Virus record (IMG/VR): IMGVR_UViG_2724679353_000001
Location: 1 to 64,000 of that record
Reading direction: 5' to 3' (one strand)
Origin: a virus
Taxonomy: Duplodnaviria; Caudoviricetes
DNA length: 64,000 nucleotides
Shown here: positions 46,327 to 55,872 of the stretch, piece after piece
Position numbering within the stretch: the first letter of the stretch is position 1
How the letters are laid out: every line of letters begins with the position of its first letter
The notes under the pieces: model-generated
Databases searched by the model: none
Seen by the model: the letters and a program-made list of their open reading frames with translations, nothing else
What the model was told of the DNA's origin: nothing
Position numbers and translations under genes: made by a program

Positions 46327-48874
46327 GCGCGCTAGTAACCTCATGGCTCCCACATCACCGCTGCCTTATCCGGGCAGCGGTGATGTTTCTATTAAATGGG
46401 CATATCCGTGGAATGCCCCTCGCCCCGCGATTGGTGGCTACCAATCTTTAGCGCCGGTCGCCGTGGTAGAGAAACCAAAATCGCACCCACTGGTTATTCG
46501 CTATATAAAACGCCTGAATGCACTGGGCTATACCGAACTACGGGAGCCTAATCAAACCTTGCTCAAGATGCGTAGGGAGCGCTCCGAGCTTGAACGCGCA
46601 ATCTACTTCCGCGATAAACAGCAATGGGCGGATTCACCACAAGGCATAGAAGCCCGTATTGACGAGCAGCCTATTTTTATTAAGTCTCACTTTCAAAATA
46701 AAATTAGATGGTTACGTGAAAATCATGGCGATAAACATACCAATGCATTCTTAACCGGCACCGGCAAGAATGCATTGGTACGTCTGGATACCGTGCGTGA
46801 ATATCAGGGCGTTAGCCAAGGACATATTTCTGAGCTAATGGCTTATTTTCAGGGTATCTATAGCCACCTTGCCGAACTGAGCAAGCGCCGGGTTAAGTCA
46901 CTGGCGAATGATGTTGCTGGCCGTATCAATGAGATGTTCTGCACTGAGGTATCAACACCCACCGAAGAAACGCGCACATTATCTGATGCCGAGCTATTGA
47001 CCATTTATCGCAATATTGCGCTTGAGGTGTGGTCTTTGCGGGTCAGGCCGCCGCACTGGCGCGAGTTGGGGCCGAAGCCCAACCAACCAGATGAGCCAGT
47101 GGATCGCACGATTTACTATTCCGCTATTGCCCGATTGATAAACCCCGACTGGTGGGAGCGTAAATTGTGGCGGCTGCGTAATGATTGGCGAGAGAGTCAG
47201 TTACGCGCCGCAGGCATGATCCACAAACGGGCCGCACCTTATGTCAGCAAAGAAGCATTGGCCGATTGGATAGAGCAAAAACGCCGCAACCGTGAATTCT
47301 TCAAGCGGCATGAATTGATTGATGATGAGGGTAACACCGTTTCTTTAGAGGCAATGGTGGATGCCAGTATCAGCAATCCGACTATTCGCCGTCATGAGTT
47401 AATGGCACGCATGAAAGGGATCGAACTGGTCGCGCAGACGCGTGGTGATGTTGGGGTGTTTTACACCATTACTTGCCCGTCTAAATACCACGCCAACAAC
47501 CAAAGCGGCCACGCTAACCCAAAATGGAATCACAACACGCCACCACAGGCGCAAGCCTATCTTACAAAGTTGTGGGCTAACATCGGTTCAAAACTGGGCC
47601 GTGAAAATCTGCGCGTTTATGGTTTTCGTGTTGCCGAGCCGCATCATGACGGTACACCGCACTGGCACTTACTGCTATTTATGAAACCGCAAGAACGCCA
47701 CGCCATCACTGAGATTATGCGCGCCTATGCCGTCAAAACTGATCGCGCCGAATTAGGTAAGCGCACCAGCGCCCGGTTTACCGCTAAGCGGCTGGATCCT
47801 AAGAAAGGCAGTGCTACCGCCTATATCGCTAAATACATTAGTAAAAACATTGATGGTTACGCGCTGGATGGCGAACTAGACCATGAAACCGGCAAGCCGC
47901 TGAAAGAAACGGCCCGCTTCGCTATGGCTTGGGCGTCACGCCACCGTATCCGCCAATATCAGCCAATAGGCACGCCACCGGTTACCGTCTGGCGGGAGCT
48001 GCGCAAGCTGAGTAATCAACTGGTCACTACGCTCAAGATTTCCGGCACCTATCAGCGCGGTAAGCCGTTATTAGTCGATCCGGCAATGGATGCCGTCACC
48101 GCCGCCGCAGATGCGGGCTGCTTTGCTACCTACATCATGAAGCAAGGCGGCGTACTGATCCCGCGTGAGGATTACACCGTGCGCATTGCCTATCAGGACA
48201 ATGAACAACCCAACGCCTACGGTGAAATCACCGAAAAGATTTTCGGCATCTATTCCCCGCTGTTAGGGGAAGCATCCCGCATTTGTACCCGCTTAAAAAG
48301 CTGGAAGATTGTCGCCTGCAAAAAGGCGAAACCCGCCGTTGCCGTGGGGGTTGATGTTTTTCAGGACGGCCCCGCCGTCCCTTGGAGTTCTGTCAATAAC
48401 TCTCCGCTAGAACAAAAAACAAGCGAACCGGATGAGGTAATAGACAGAACATTAGAAGAAAAAATAATCGATTTCACCGCGATCACCGATGCAGAACGCC
48501 GGGCCTTGCTTCGCAGGATAAAAAGCGCGCCTGTAACAACAGTTAAAACTAACGCATTGACGCTAGCCGAGGAATTGTCACGCCAAGCATCAGCCGAAAA
48601 AGCCGCTCAACGGCGAGAAAAAACCGCACGGCTGGCACCTGTGACAACAAAAATCCGCGATTTTGCGGAGTCAATTGGACTTTCCATCAGCGAACAGCAG
48701 GCGCAATCACTGGCTTGCGGCGCAACGTTGACCATCGGCGGCCAGAACTGGCGGGCAAGAGAGGATTGTTGCTTGTATCAGTGCCAACCAACCACCGGCC
48801 AACGGGCATTTAGCGTGATGAGCCGGGTAGCAAGATTACGAGAGGGAATAATCAGTGAAAGCCACCAACATTAA
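46319..48874 (+). CDS. gpA: Rolling-circle replication endonuclease
   Basis: TITCPSKYH, EPHHDGTPHWH (HUH) and YIAKYISKNIDG. Confidence 0.95.
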   Translation: MSERASNLMAPTSPLPYPGSGDVSIKWAYPWNAPRPAIGGYQSLAPVAVVEKPKSHPLVIRYIKRLNALGYTELREPNQTLLKMRRERSELERAIYFRDKQQWADSPQGIEARIDEQPIFIKSHFQNKIRWLRENHGDKHTNAFLTGTGKNALVRLDTVREYQGVSQGHISELMAYFQGIYSHLAELSKRRVKSLANDVAGRINEMFCTEVSTPTEETRTLSDAELLTIYRNIALEVWSLRVRPPHWRELGPKPNQPDEPVDRTIYYSAIARLINPDWWERKLWRLRNDWRESQLRAAGMIHKRAAPYVSKEALADWIEQKRRNREFFKRHELIDDEGNTVSLEAMVDASISNPTIRRHELMARMKGIELVAQTRGDVGVFYTITCPSKYHANNQSGHANPKWNHNTPPQAQAYLTKLWANIGSKLGRENLRVYGFRVAEPHHDGTPHWHLLLFMKPQERHAITEIMRAYAVKTDRAELGKRTSARFTAKRLDPKKGSATAYIAKYISKNIDGYALDGELDHETGKPLKETARFAMAWASRHRIRQYQPIGTPPVTVWRELRKLSNQLVTTLKISGTYQRGKPLLVDPAMDAVTAAADAGCFATYIMKQGGVLIPREDYTVRIAYQDNEQPNAYGEITEKIFGIYSPLLGEASRICTRLKSWKIVACKKAKPAVAVGVDVFQDGPAVPWSSVNNSPLEQKTSEPDEVIDRTLEEKIIDFTAITDAERRALLRRIKSAPVTTVKTNALTLAEELSRQASAEKAAQRREKTARLAPVTTKIRDFAESIGLSISEQQAQSLACGATLTIGGQNWRAREDCCLYQCQPTTGQRAFSVMSRVARLREGIISESHQH

Positions 48875-49085
48875 TTACACCGACACCATTTGCACATTAT
48901 TAACCGATGAACAGCAGGTTGCTCAAATGCTGGGTGATGCATGGAATCAATACTTACTGCTTCCGATTGAACATCCATCTGAGCGTGATGAGTTCTGCCG
49001 AGCCATTCATGATTGCCAGAGAATCATATTAGCCCGCCCGGCAATTCGTGGACTGGCGGAAAAAGGTTCGGGGTACAAAAAATGA
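48855..49085 (+). CDS. Hypothetical protein
   Basis: AWN.Y..LPIEHP....EF..AIH.CQ.II.AR; GTG start. Confidence 0.65.
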   Translation: MKATNINYTDTICTLLTDEQQVAQMLGDAWNQYLLLPIEHPSERDEFCRAIHDCQRIILARPAIRGLAEKGSGYKK

Positions 49086-49438
49086 CAACAGCAAGCGAAC
49101 GTAAACGCGCCCAGCGCCAACGCGATAAAAAATTTGGCATAACTACTCTTACTCTGCGTTTGGATGCGCAGGAGTTGGCTATGGTGCTGGAGGGATGCGA
49201 ACAGCGCCGCATTGCTCGCCAGCCTTATGAGGTGACCGAGTATTTAACCAGCCTAATTCGCCAGGATAATAAGCTACTGCATAAACAACTTACCGAATTG
49301 AGGAAAAGTAGCTGTAAGCGGTGCGGGGATACGCTGCCAGGTGATAACGCTGGTTGCTGCTTGCAGGGGGATTCGGAGTGTTGGCAGACATTGGGGTACA
49401 GGCGATTGATGTTGGATACATTCAATTCATCTGGCTGA
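49082..49438 (+). CDS. Basic, Cys-rich putative DNA-binding protein (homolog of 27964-28317)
   Basis: MTTASERKRAQRQR; CKRCGDTLPGD..GC...G.SECWQTLG. Confidence 0.7.
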   Translation: MTTASERKRAQRQRDKKFGITTLTLRLDAQELAMVLEGCEQRRIARQPYEVTEYLTSLIRQDNKLLHKQLTELRKSSCKRCGDTLPGDNAGCCLQGDSECWQTLGYRRLMLDTFNSSG

Positions 49439-49698
49439 TAACTGTATAAAAAAACATGTTTTTATTGTGGCATTAAATGTATTAACCGTTGCTTCACCTG
49501 ACGGAATACTGTGGTGGAGCACGATTAAATCTGACAGTCGGTTAAGATCGGGGTGCGGATGTACCTCTGTTTGAGATACACAAGAGTAAAATATTTTTAA
49601 CGCCTCATATAGTTAAATTAATTACATCTAAAGGATTAATTTCCATGGTGGAATAGTGGTAATATATGTGGCTATTCCTCACATTTATAGGACAGGGT

Positions 49699-50640
49699 AT
49701 GAGTAAAGAAACTTTAGATACAGCTCATGCAATTTTGGAATTAAAACAACCAGTTGGTATTTTTAAGGACTATTTATTTCCTATAAGTATGTCACTTTTC
49801 TCTGCACTTGTTGGTGGTTCTGTTGCATTGATAATTAACGCAAAACAGGATATACGAAGGTTAGAAAGAGAGAAGTTTTATAATGCCAATCGTCTTATTT
49901 TTAATGTTTTTGAAGGTCTTGGAAACCTAGTTACAATTAAGTCAAATTATTATGAATTAAACTCTGACAATCCTTACCTTCGTGTTTTTGAGTTTCCTGA
50001 AATTCTAATAAACTGTCACCCAATTAATATTGATCTATCAAATTATGCTTTTATTCGTGATACTCAGACTTGTAATTTTACATTATCGGAAAAGCTGTTG
50101 CGTTATTTTTTTAACAGGTTATTAAGGAGACCTTTCAAGACACCAAGTAAAGAGGAGTTAGGTAAAACATGGCGCAATTTATCTAGAATTGGCGCAATGT
50201 TATCTAACTATAATACAATCCTTCATCATATTGAAAAACGTAATAAACTTGATGATGTGGCGCGCGAAAAGTTGTTAACTTACCTTGAATCTCATCCACC
50301 CAAAAGTGAAGAAGCATTAACAGCCGCTTTTCAGGCATGTTTAGGTAAAAAACAATCTCTAAATCTTATTGATTTAACTGAGTTAACAATATCACTTATT
50401 GACCATGTTATATTAGAAATGGATAGTTTTATTAAAGACTTTCCCAATATAGCAGAAAGTAATATTGAATTATCCAAAGTCGAAATGAAAAAAAGATTAA
50501 TGAGAGTCCATAATGATCGTCCAATGTATATTCAATGTTTGAAGCCGCTGCTAAAACCTAACTTCGCTGAGCTTGCAGTAACTTTCGGCCAAAGCTTAAA
50601 AACAATTGAACACAGATATACACTATCACAATGGTACTAA
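49699..50640 (+). CDS. Cargo protein with N-terminal TM, unknown function
   Basis: AT-rich, in the A-cos hotspot; start 49666 or 49699. Confidence 0.75.
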   Translation: MSKETLDTAHAILELKQPVGIFKDYLFPISMSLFSALVGGSVALIINAKQDIRRLEREKFYNANRLIFNVFEGLGNLVTIKSNYYELNSDNPYLRVFEFPEILINCHPINIDLSNYAFIRDTQTCNFTLSEKLLRYFFNRLLRRPFKTPSKEELGKTWRNLSRIGAMLSNYNTILHHIEKRNKLDDVAREKLLTYLESHPPKSEEALTAAFQACLGKKQSLNLIDLTELTISLIDHVILEMDSFIKDFPNIAESNIELSKVEMKKRLMRVHNDRPMYIQCLKPLLKPNFAELAVTFGQSLKTIEHRYTLSQWY

Positions 50641-51052
50641 TAGTTTATTAGATTAAATAATATTAACTTAGGTACTAAGATGCATAAAATTATTGTGTGG
50701 TTTTATTAGCTCTTAGGTTGAATCTAAAATTATATTAAGAATGGTGGAACTATATTTAATGAAGTGAGGAGTATCGCAAGCTAAAAAATGCGTGAATCCA
50801 GAATTGGCTTGTTACCGCATCGTAGGACAAGGGTATGGCATTAATCTGAACTATTTCTCGATCGCAGCAATGAGCGAAAAACGGACCTAATATTGTGTGT
50901 GTTAATCAATAGGGAGTCAGTCATTCCAGCCACAACCCTAAACAGCTTTGACCTCAGGCCCCCAATTGAAAGCTAGCATCCATTAGCCTCATACTAGGAG
51001 TTAAGCATAAATGGGGGGTTCTAAAAAACGTCCTAACAGGAATATTAATCAT

Positions 51053-51709
51053 ATGAAAGTAAAGTACTTGTATGGAAAATATGAGTTTCTTGCTGAATTA
51101 ATTGAGGGTAGATCGGGTATTCGCTTCAGTGATCTAAGTCACTACTCCAGATTAGAAAATGAAAAGATGCGGGATGATGAGATGAATAAAGTATTCATCC
51201 CGAGAAAAGAAGAATTAATCATTGAAATCAACGGATATCGACTCGACAACAATGATTTTGCAAGCGACCCTACATTCAGCGTTACACCGAGGCATTGCTA
51301 CTGCCTTTGCATGAGCAACACAGGAAATAATGAAGGACTTTACCGAGATTTTAAAGCCGATACATGCATAGCATTCCATGTAGATGAGTTAGAAAAACGC
51401 ATAGCTACTAGCAATGAAAAATTCAAAGGCTCCCATATTGTAGGCAGTGACATCACTTACTACGACCAAAAGACACTGCATGGGTTAGATAAATCTCCTG
51501 AAAAGCTAGTATTTTATAAGCCTGATTTTTTTGCACATGAGTCAGAGTACAGAATTGCATGGTTCTATCCTCTGAATAAGACTGGATTCTTATCTGATGG
51601 CAGAACAATACCTTTCCGGTTTGAAAATGAATCATCCCACCTGTTTTTCTTCCACAAAGAGAAAAGTTTTATTACAGACTGCATAGTGGATGTGTACAGG
51701 AAAAGCTAG
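51053..51709 (+). CDS. Cargo protein, DUF2971/ART-like motif pattern
   Basis: YCLCMS and FYK...F..ESEYRI; start 51011 or 51053. Confidence 0.65.
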   Translation: MKVKYLYGKYEFLAELIEGRSGIRFSDLSHYSRLENEKMRDDEMNKVFIPRKEELIIEINGYRLDNNDFASDPTFSVTPRHCYCLCMSNTGNNEGLYRDFKADTCIAFHVDELEKRIATSNEKFKGSHIVGSDITYYDQKTLHGLDKSPEKLVFYKPDFFAHESEYRIAWFYPLNKTGFLSDGRTIPFRFENESSHLFFFHKEKSFITDCIVDVYRKS

Positions 51710-51811
51710 CTAAAGGCTGATTATAAGATGCGTAACGCCATTTAAGCCGAAAAAATCTGAGTACATGCGTTTATGGGGGGTAATGCCACATATGTGGATA
51801 CATGACGTTGC

Positions 51812-51885
51812 CAACCGCCCCCCGTTCCGCGCGCTCCCCCGCCCGCGCTTTGTGTGACTAAATATTCAGTTTTTATGCAGTTAGA
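51812..51885. other. Probable cos region
   Basis: GC-rich GCGCTCCCCCGCCCGCGC followed by TTTTATGCAGTT, resembling P2 cos context, between cargo and portal. Confidence 0.5.
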
Positions 51886-52057
51886 AAAATGCTAAAAACC
51901 CAGTATTGGCGCGGCTTAGATAATGATTAAGGGGTGAATAGAATGATGCGGATTGTTGCGTCTTGAACTTGCAGGGCTGTAGTGGCCAGCTTACTAAACA
52001 ATTTGAGTAATTATCACAGATTTTCGAGGTGGCCGTAGCGGCTTGCTCTTTTAAAAT

Positions 52058-52135
52058 CGTGACATGGCACAGAAACAAAATCAAGAGCCTTGTGACATGT
52101 CACAGAAAGGAAAATCCGTGGGATGTGACAGGCAG
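52058..52135. repeat. Cluster of GTGACA palindromic boxes
   Basis: CGTGACATGGCACA (52058), TGTGACATGTCACA (52091), TGTGACAGGCA (52124); 33-bp spacing. Confidence 0.75.
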
Positions 52136-52193
52136 TTCGGGAACACTTAGTATAAAATGTTGGGCAATTATTATTTTAAAAGGAATCTGACAA

Positions 52194-52880
52194 ATGGCAT
52201 CAATACTCTTTTCACTTTTAGGTGTACTTATAGGAACTATTGTACCTTTTGTTGTTTATCGACACACGGTGTGGAAAGATAAATACAAATTGGACATCGA
52301 ATTAATTTCTGAGTATGAAAAAAAACCATGTAATAAATATCTGGTTGAAAAGCTGTTTTTCTGGTTAACAAGAGCGCAAGGTGTCACATTTAATGAAATT
52401 TGTTCATTATTAAACTCACAACATCCATCAAGATCTGTCTCGTTTTTTGAAAGTGCACGGTGTTATTTAAAGACTTGCCATATAATCAATGAAAATTCCG
52501 CCGTATATGCAAAGGGTTTTGAATCTAAAAGAGAGAGGATATTCCAAAAAACAAGTTATGTTGTTTTATATCTAATTAGTTGTTCTGTACTCGTCACTGC
52601 TTACACATTCATAACCAAAAATAAAATAATAGCCAATGCAGATATTTCTTACTCAAACCTAACTTTAATTAATGAAAGTGGAAGTATTATACTTTGGGTG
52701 TTTTTATCACTTCTCTTTCTTGCGATTGCATTTCGCAGTTTATCTATTTGGAACAGCATTAATATGGCTGAAAAATTCATCGAATACTTCAACAACCAGC
52801 CCAATGAACTTCACAGCCCTATCGAGAATGAATCACCTATCAGCACAGAGCTTGATAGCGCTGAAACATCCCCGAACTAG
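52194..52880 (+). CDS. Three-TM membrane cargo protein
   Basis: AAGGA RBS; AT-rich; convergent with and abutting the portal stop. Confidence 0.75.
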   Translation: MASILFSLLGVLIGTIVPFVVYRHTVWKDKYKLDIELISEYEKKPCNKYLVEKLFFWLTRAQGVTFNEICSLLNSQHPSRSVSFFESARCYLKTCHIINENSAVYAKGFESKRERIFQKTSYVVLYLISCSVLVTAYTFITKNKIIANADISYSNLTLINESGSIILWVFLSLLFLAIAFRSLSIWNSINMAEKFIEYFNNQPNELHSPIENESPISTELDSAETSPN

Positions 52881-53921
52881 TTAGCCCGCAGAAACCAATA
52901 AATCATAGGGGCGGAACCTCACCACTTCCTCCCCAACCCAGTCATTAATTTCCATCAGTCGCTCTTGCAAGGGGGCCAGTTCGTTGATGGCAAATACCCG
53001 TGCGGCTTTTTCCACATCACCAAAGCCGCCGGTGTTATTGGGTAAAATACCCATCAGTTGCGGTGGTACTCGCTGCATAGCGAGCTGGTCGTCGCGGGTG
53101 ACATTCTTAATGCTGGCAAACTCATCTTTAGCCGCCACTTCTGCCAGTGGGATCACTTGTATCCCATCCTTTTTACCGGCTGGGGCGTACATAAACAGAT
53201 TGCGGAAATTGCCCGGCCCTTTGGACTCTTTTAGCGCCTTGCGTAAGGCGTCGATATCCTCCTGTTTGTGGGCGGCGTCGTTCATATACAGGATAAATCC
53301 GGCGTGACTGCCATTCAGGTAATATTTGCGGCGAAAGAGTGTTGCGGCTTCATTCAGCCAAGTGGAGTTTAGCGAGGCGAGATATTCAGGAACGCCGTAG
53401 ATCTCTTGGTTAATATCTGGGTCTAGCAGGTGAAAAACGCTATTTGCTTCAAAAGGGTGTGGGTTGGCATAGGATGAGACATACCAATAGGTGTCCGCCT
53501 CCACGCCTCGGCGGGGGTATTTGGCCGGGCTGGGTACCAGTTTCATGATGCCGCCCAGCCGATTATAGCGGGCCTCTAAAAACGAGTTGGCGAATACCAA
53601 AAAATCCAGCGCATAGCGGCTAAAATCTTGCTTTGAAAGCAGGCGGTGCGGCTCAAACAGGCTAACCAGTACATTACGTTTCATATAGATAGGCGAGCTG
53701 TGATGCACTGCCGCACGAAAGGATTTAGCCAGACCATTAAATGATACCGGCGGTTCATACCAGCGATCCATCACTGCGCATTCCAGATAATCCAGAATAT
53801 CGCGCCGATCCATCATCGGGATCGGGTCGTCAAAAGTAAACGCCTCAGCTTGTGGGGGGCTATTGCTCGCCATAGCTGTTGTCACCTTGGCCGAGCGGGT
53901 TTTCCTGTTGCGTTTACTCAT
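52881..53921 (-). CDS. gpQ: Portal protein
   Basis: WYEPP, HHSSPI, QEIYGVPEY, YYLNGSHAG. Confidence 0.95.
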   Translation of the reverse strand: MSKRNRKTRSAKVTTAMASNSPPQAEAFTFDDPIPMMDRRDILDYLECAVMDRWYEPPVSFNGLAKSFRAAVHHSSPIYMKRNVLVSLFEPHRLLSKQDFSRYALDFLVFANSFLEARYNRLGGIMKLVPSPAKYPRRGVEADTYWYVSSYANPHPFEANSVFHLLDPDINQEIYGVPEYLASLNSTWLNEAATLFRRKYYLNGSHAGFILYMNDAAHKQEDIDALRKALKESKGPGNFRNLFMYAPAGKKDGIQVIPLAEVAAKDEFASIKNVTRDDQLAMQRVPPQLMGILPNNTGGFGDVEKAARVFAINELAPLQERLMEINDWVGEEVVRFRPYDLLVSAG

Positions 53922-55684
53922 TAATATATCTCCATCACACTGGTGTTATTGCTGTTAATGCCCTCAAGAGGCTCATGGAATAAGGCGTGCATAATGGCCC
54001 ATGCCACGTCGCCGTGGCTGACGTCTTTGGAGCGGTCAGTGACAAAGGTGGCGTTGCGGCCAGTGGCGGTCATGGTTTTGCGGATCGACATAAACGCGGT
54101 GGCGATATCAATGCAGCCTGCATCAAACTCCAGGCGGCCGCCCTGAATAATATTTTTGGCCTTATAAATCAGGTCAGCTTTCATTTCTAAGCTGTAGTGA
54201 ATGGCGTTCACCGCCGGGAAGAATTGCCGTACTAATTGCGTCACGGAACGGCCCAGACCGGTATCATCAATACCGATATAAGTGACGTTATAGCGCTCGG
54301 TGATCTTTTTGATATTGCTGGCCTGATCGGCAAAATCCATCCCTTTCCACTGGTGGCGCTCCAACACCCTGAACTTACCGCCTGCCACCACTGGCGGCGC
54401 AATGACGGCGCAACCGGCACTATCACCGGTGCTGGCTGGGTCGTAGCCAATCCACACCGGCCGATCGCCAAACGGGCGCAGCGCCAGCAGTTTAACGTCT
54501 GTCCATTTTTCCCAGCTATCGACCATACAGCGCTGCATTTCGGCCAGTTTGAATGTGGAGGTGTTATCGTCAATAAAGCCGCACATAAACAGATTTTCGA
54601 AATCTTCCTCACTGTTTTCATTGCGTAATTCATCAATATCAAACAGGTCGCAGCCACCTTTCAGTGCATCTTCTATAGTGACAATTTGCCGGTATTGCTT
54701 GTCCTCACATAACCGGCCAGCCGCCAATCGGGGATAGCTAACATCAATTTCAATGCGTTTCTCTTTGGCCTTGCCTTTGTTAAACAGCGTGCCAGCCCAG
54801 AACGGGTAAGCCTCATGTGAGGTGCTGGACGGCGTAGAAAAATAGGTGGAGCGGTATCTTTTCTGCGAGGCCATGCCCGATGCGGCGCGGCGCAATTTTT
54901 GAAAGCCGGGTATCCAAAAATATTCATCCAGATAGAGATTGCCGGGGCGGCCCTGTGCGGTGCTGGCGTTGGTGCCGAGAAAGTGCATTTCCGCGCCATT
55001 GGGTAAAATAATCACCTCACCGCGCAAATCAACATCCACTTGGCGCGCTGCCGCGACAATATAGTTTTTAAACTGGTGCGCCTGCGCTTTGGAGGCGGAA
55101 ACAAACATCTGGTTGCGGCCAGTGTCGAGCGCATCAAGCAGCGCTTCCCATGAGAAAAAGTAGGTTGCACCGACTTGGCGGGATTTTAAGAAGTTACGAA
55201 TACGGAAATCAGGCGATAAACCGGCTTCATACCAGTTACGTTGGTAGTCGAACATGGATTCATTGAAAATATCTTTCAGCTTGGCAACCTGCGCCTCACT
55301 GAATACATTTTTCTGCGCAGCCTTGCGCGTTCCGCTGTTGCGCTTCTCAATATTGGGATTGAGATCGGCCTCATTGCCGCTATCATTGTATTTACCAATG
55401 CGGGCGTGGCGTTCGGCTTGTCGGCCCAGCAGATCAATCTCTTTGTAATCTTTGGCCTCCTTGACAGGTTTCATGATCAGGCGGCAATATTCCGCTGCCG
55501 TGGTCAGTTGCATCTGATCCAGTGGCCCGTAGGCGTCCCACTTGTCGCGGCGCTTCCAACTGTGTACCGTGACCGCTTTCTCACCGATCATTTCCGCAAT
55601 TCGGGCAATGCGCAGCCCTTGCCAGTAGAGATACATGGCTTGACGGCGGGGATCTAAATCGGCATTGATAAGAACGCTTTCCAT
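53921..55684 (-). CDS. gpP: Terminase ATPase subunit
   Basis: LKSRQVGAT, LYLDEYFW, GYDP, HGDVAWA. Confidence 0.95.
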   Translation of the reverse strand: MESVLINADLDPRRQAMYLYWQGLRIARIAEMIGEKAVTVHSWKRRDKWDAYGPLDQMQLTTAAEYCRLIMKPVKEAKDYKEIDLLGRQAERHARIGKYNDSGNEADLNPNIEKRNSGTRKAAQKNVFSEAQVAKLKDIFNESMFDYQRNWYEAGLSPDFRIRNFLKSRQVGATYFFSWEALLDALDTGRNQMFVSASKAQAHQFKNYIVAAARQVDVDLRGEVIILPNGAEMHFLGTNASTAQGRPGNLYLDEYFWIPGFQKLRRAASGMASQKRYRSTYFSTPSSTSHEAYPFWAGTLFNKGKAKEKRIEIDVSYPRLAAGRLCEDKQYRQIVTIEDALKGGCDLFDIDELRNENSEEDFENLFMCGFIDDNTSTFKLAEMQRCMVDSWEKWTDVKLLALRPFGDRPVWIGYDPASTGDSAGCAVIAPPVVAGGKFRVLERHQWKGMDFADQASNIKKITERYNVTYIGIDDTGLGRSVTQLVRQFFPAVNAIHYSLEMKADLIYKAKNIIQGGRLEFDAGCIDIATAFMSIRKTMTATGRNATFVTDRSKDVSHGDVAWAIMHALFHEPLEGINSNNTSVMEIY

Positions 55685-55778
55685 GTGAAATAGCCTGTTT
55701 TTTTGCTTAATCGCAGTTAATTACCGTTGATTGCAGCAAGGCTACCTATCCGCACCTCCCCCATCCCGCATTACGCTT

Positions 55779-55796
55779 TGTGCCAGCCATAGCACA
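55779..55796. promoter_or_regulatory. Ogr-family activator site of the P/O late promoters
   Basis: TGT-N12-ACA (TGTGCCAGCCATAGCACA). Confidence 0.75.
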
Positions 55797-55872
55797 AGAG
55801 CGCCTGATTGTTCCGTTTGCCGCCGGTCGCCAACATAGGTCACTACTATCGAATCAGACCGGAATCAATCAC

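Noticed and set aside
52091-52104. CRP site or canonical matS
   Set aside because: Spacing is wrong for both (N4 versus N6 for CRP; 12 versus 13 bp for matS); kept only as an unexplained palindrome.
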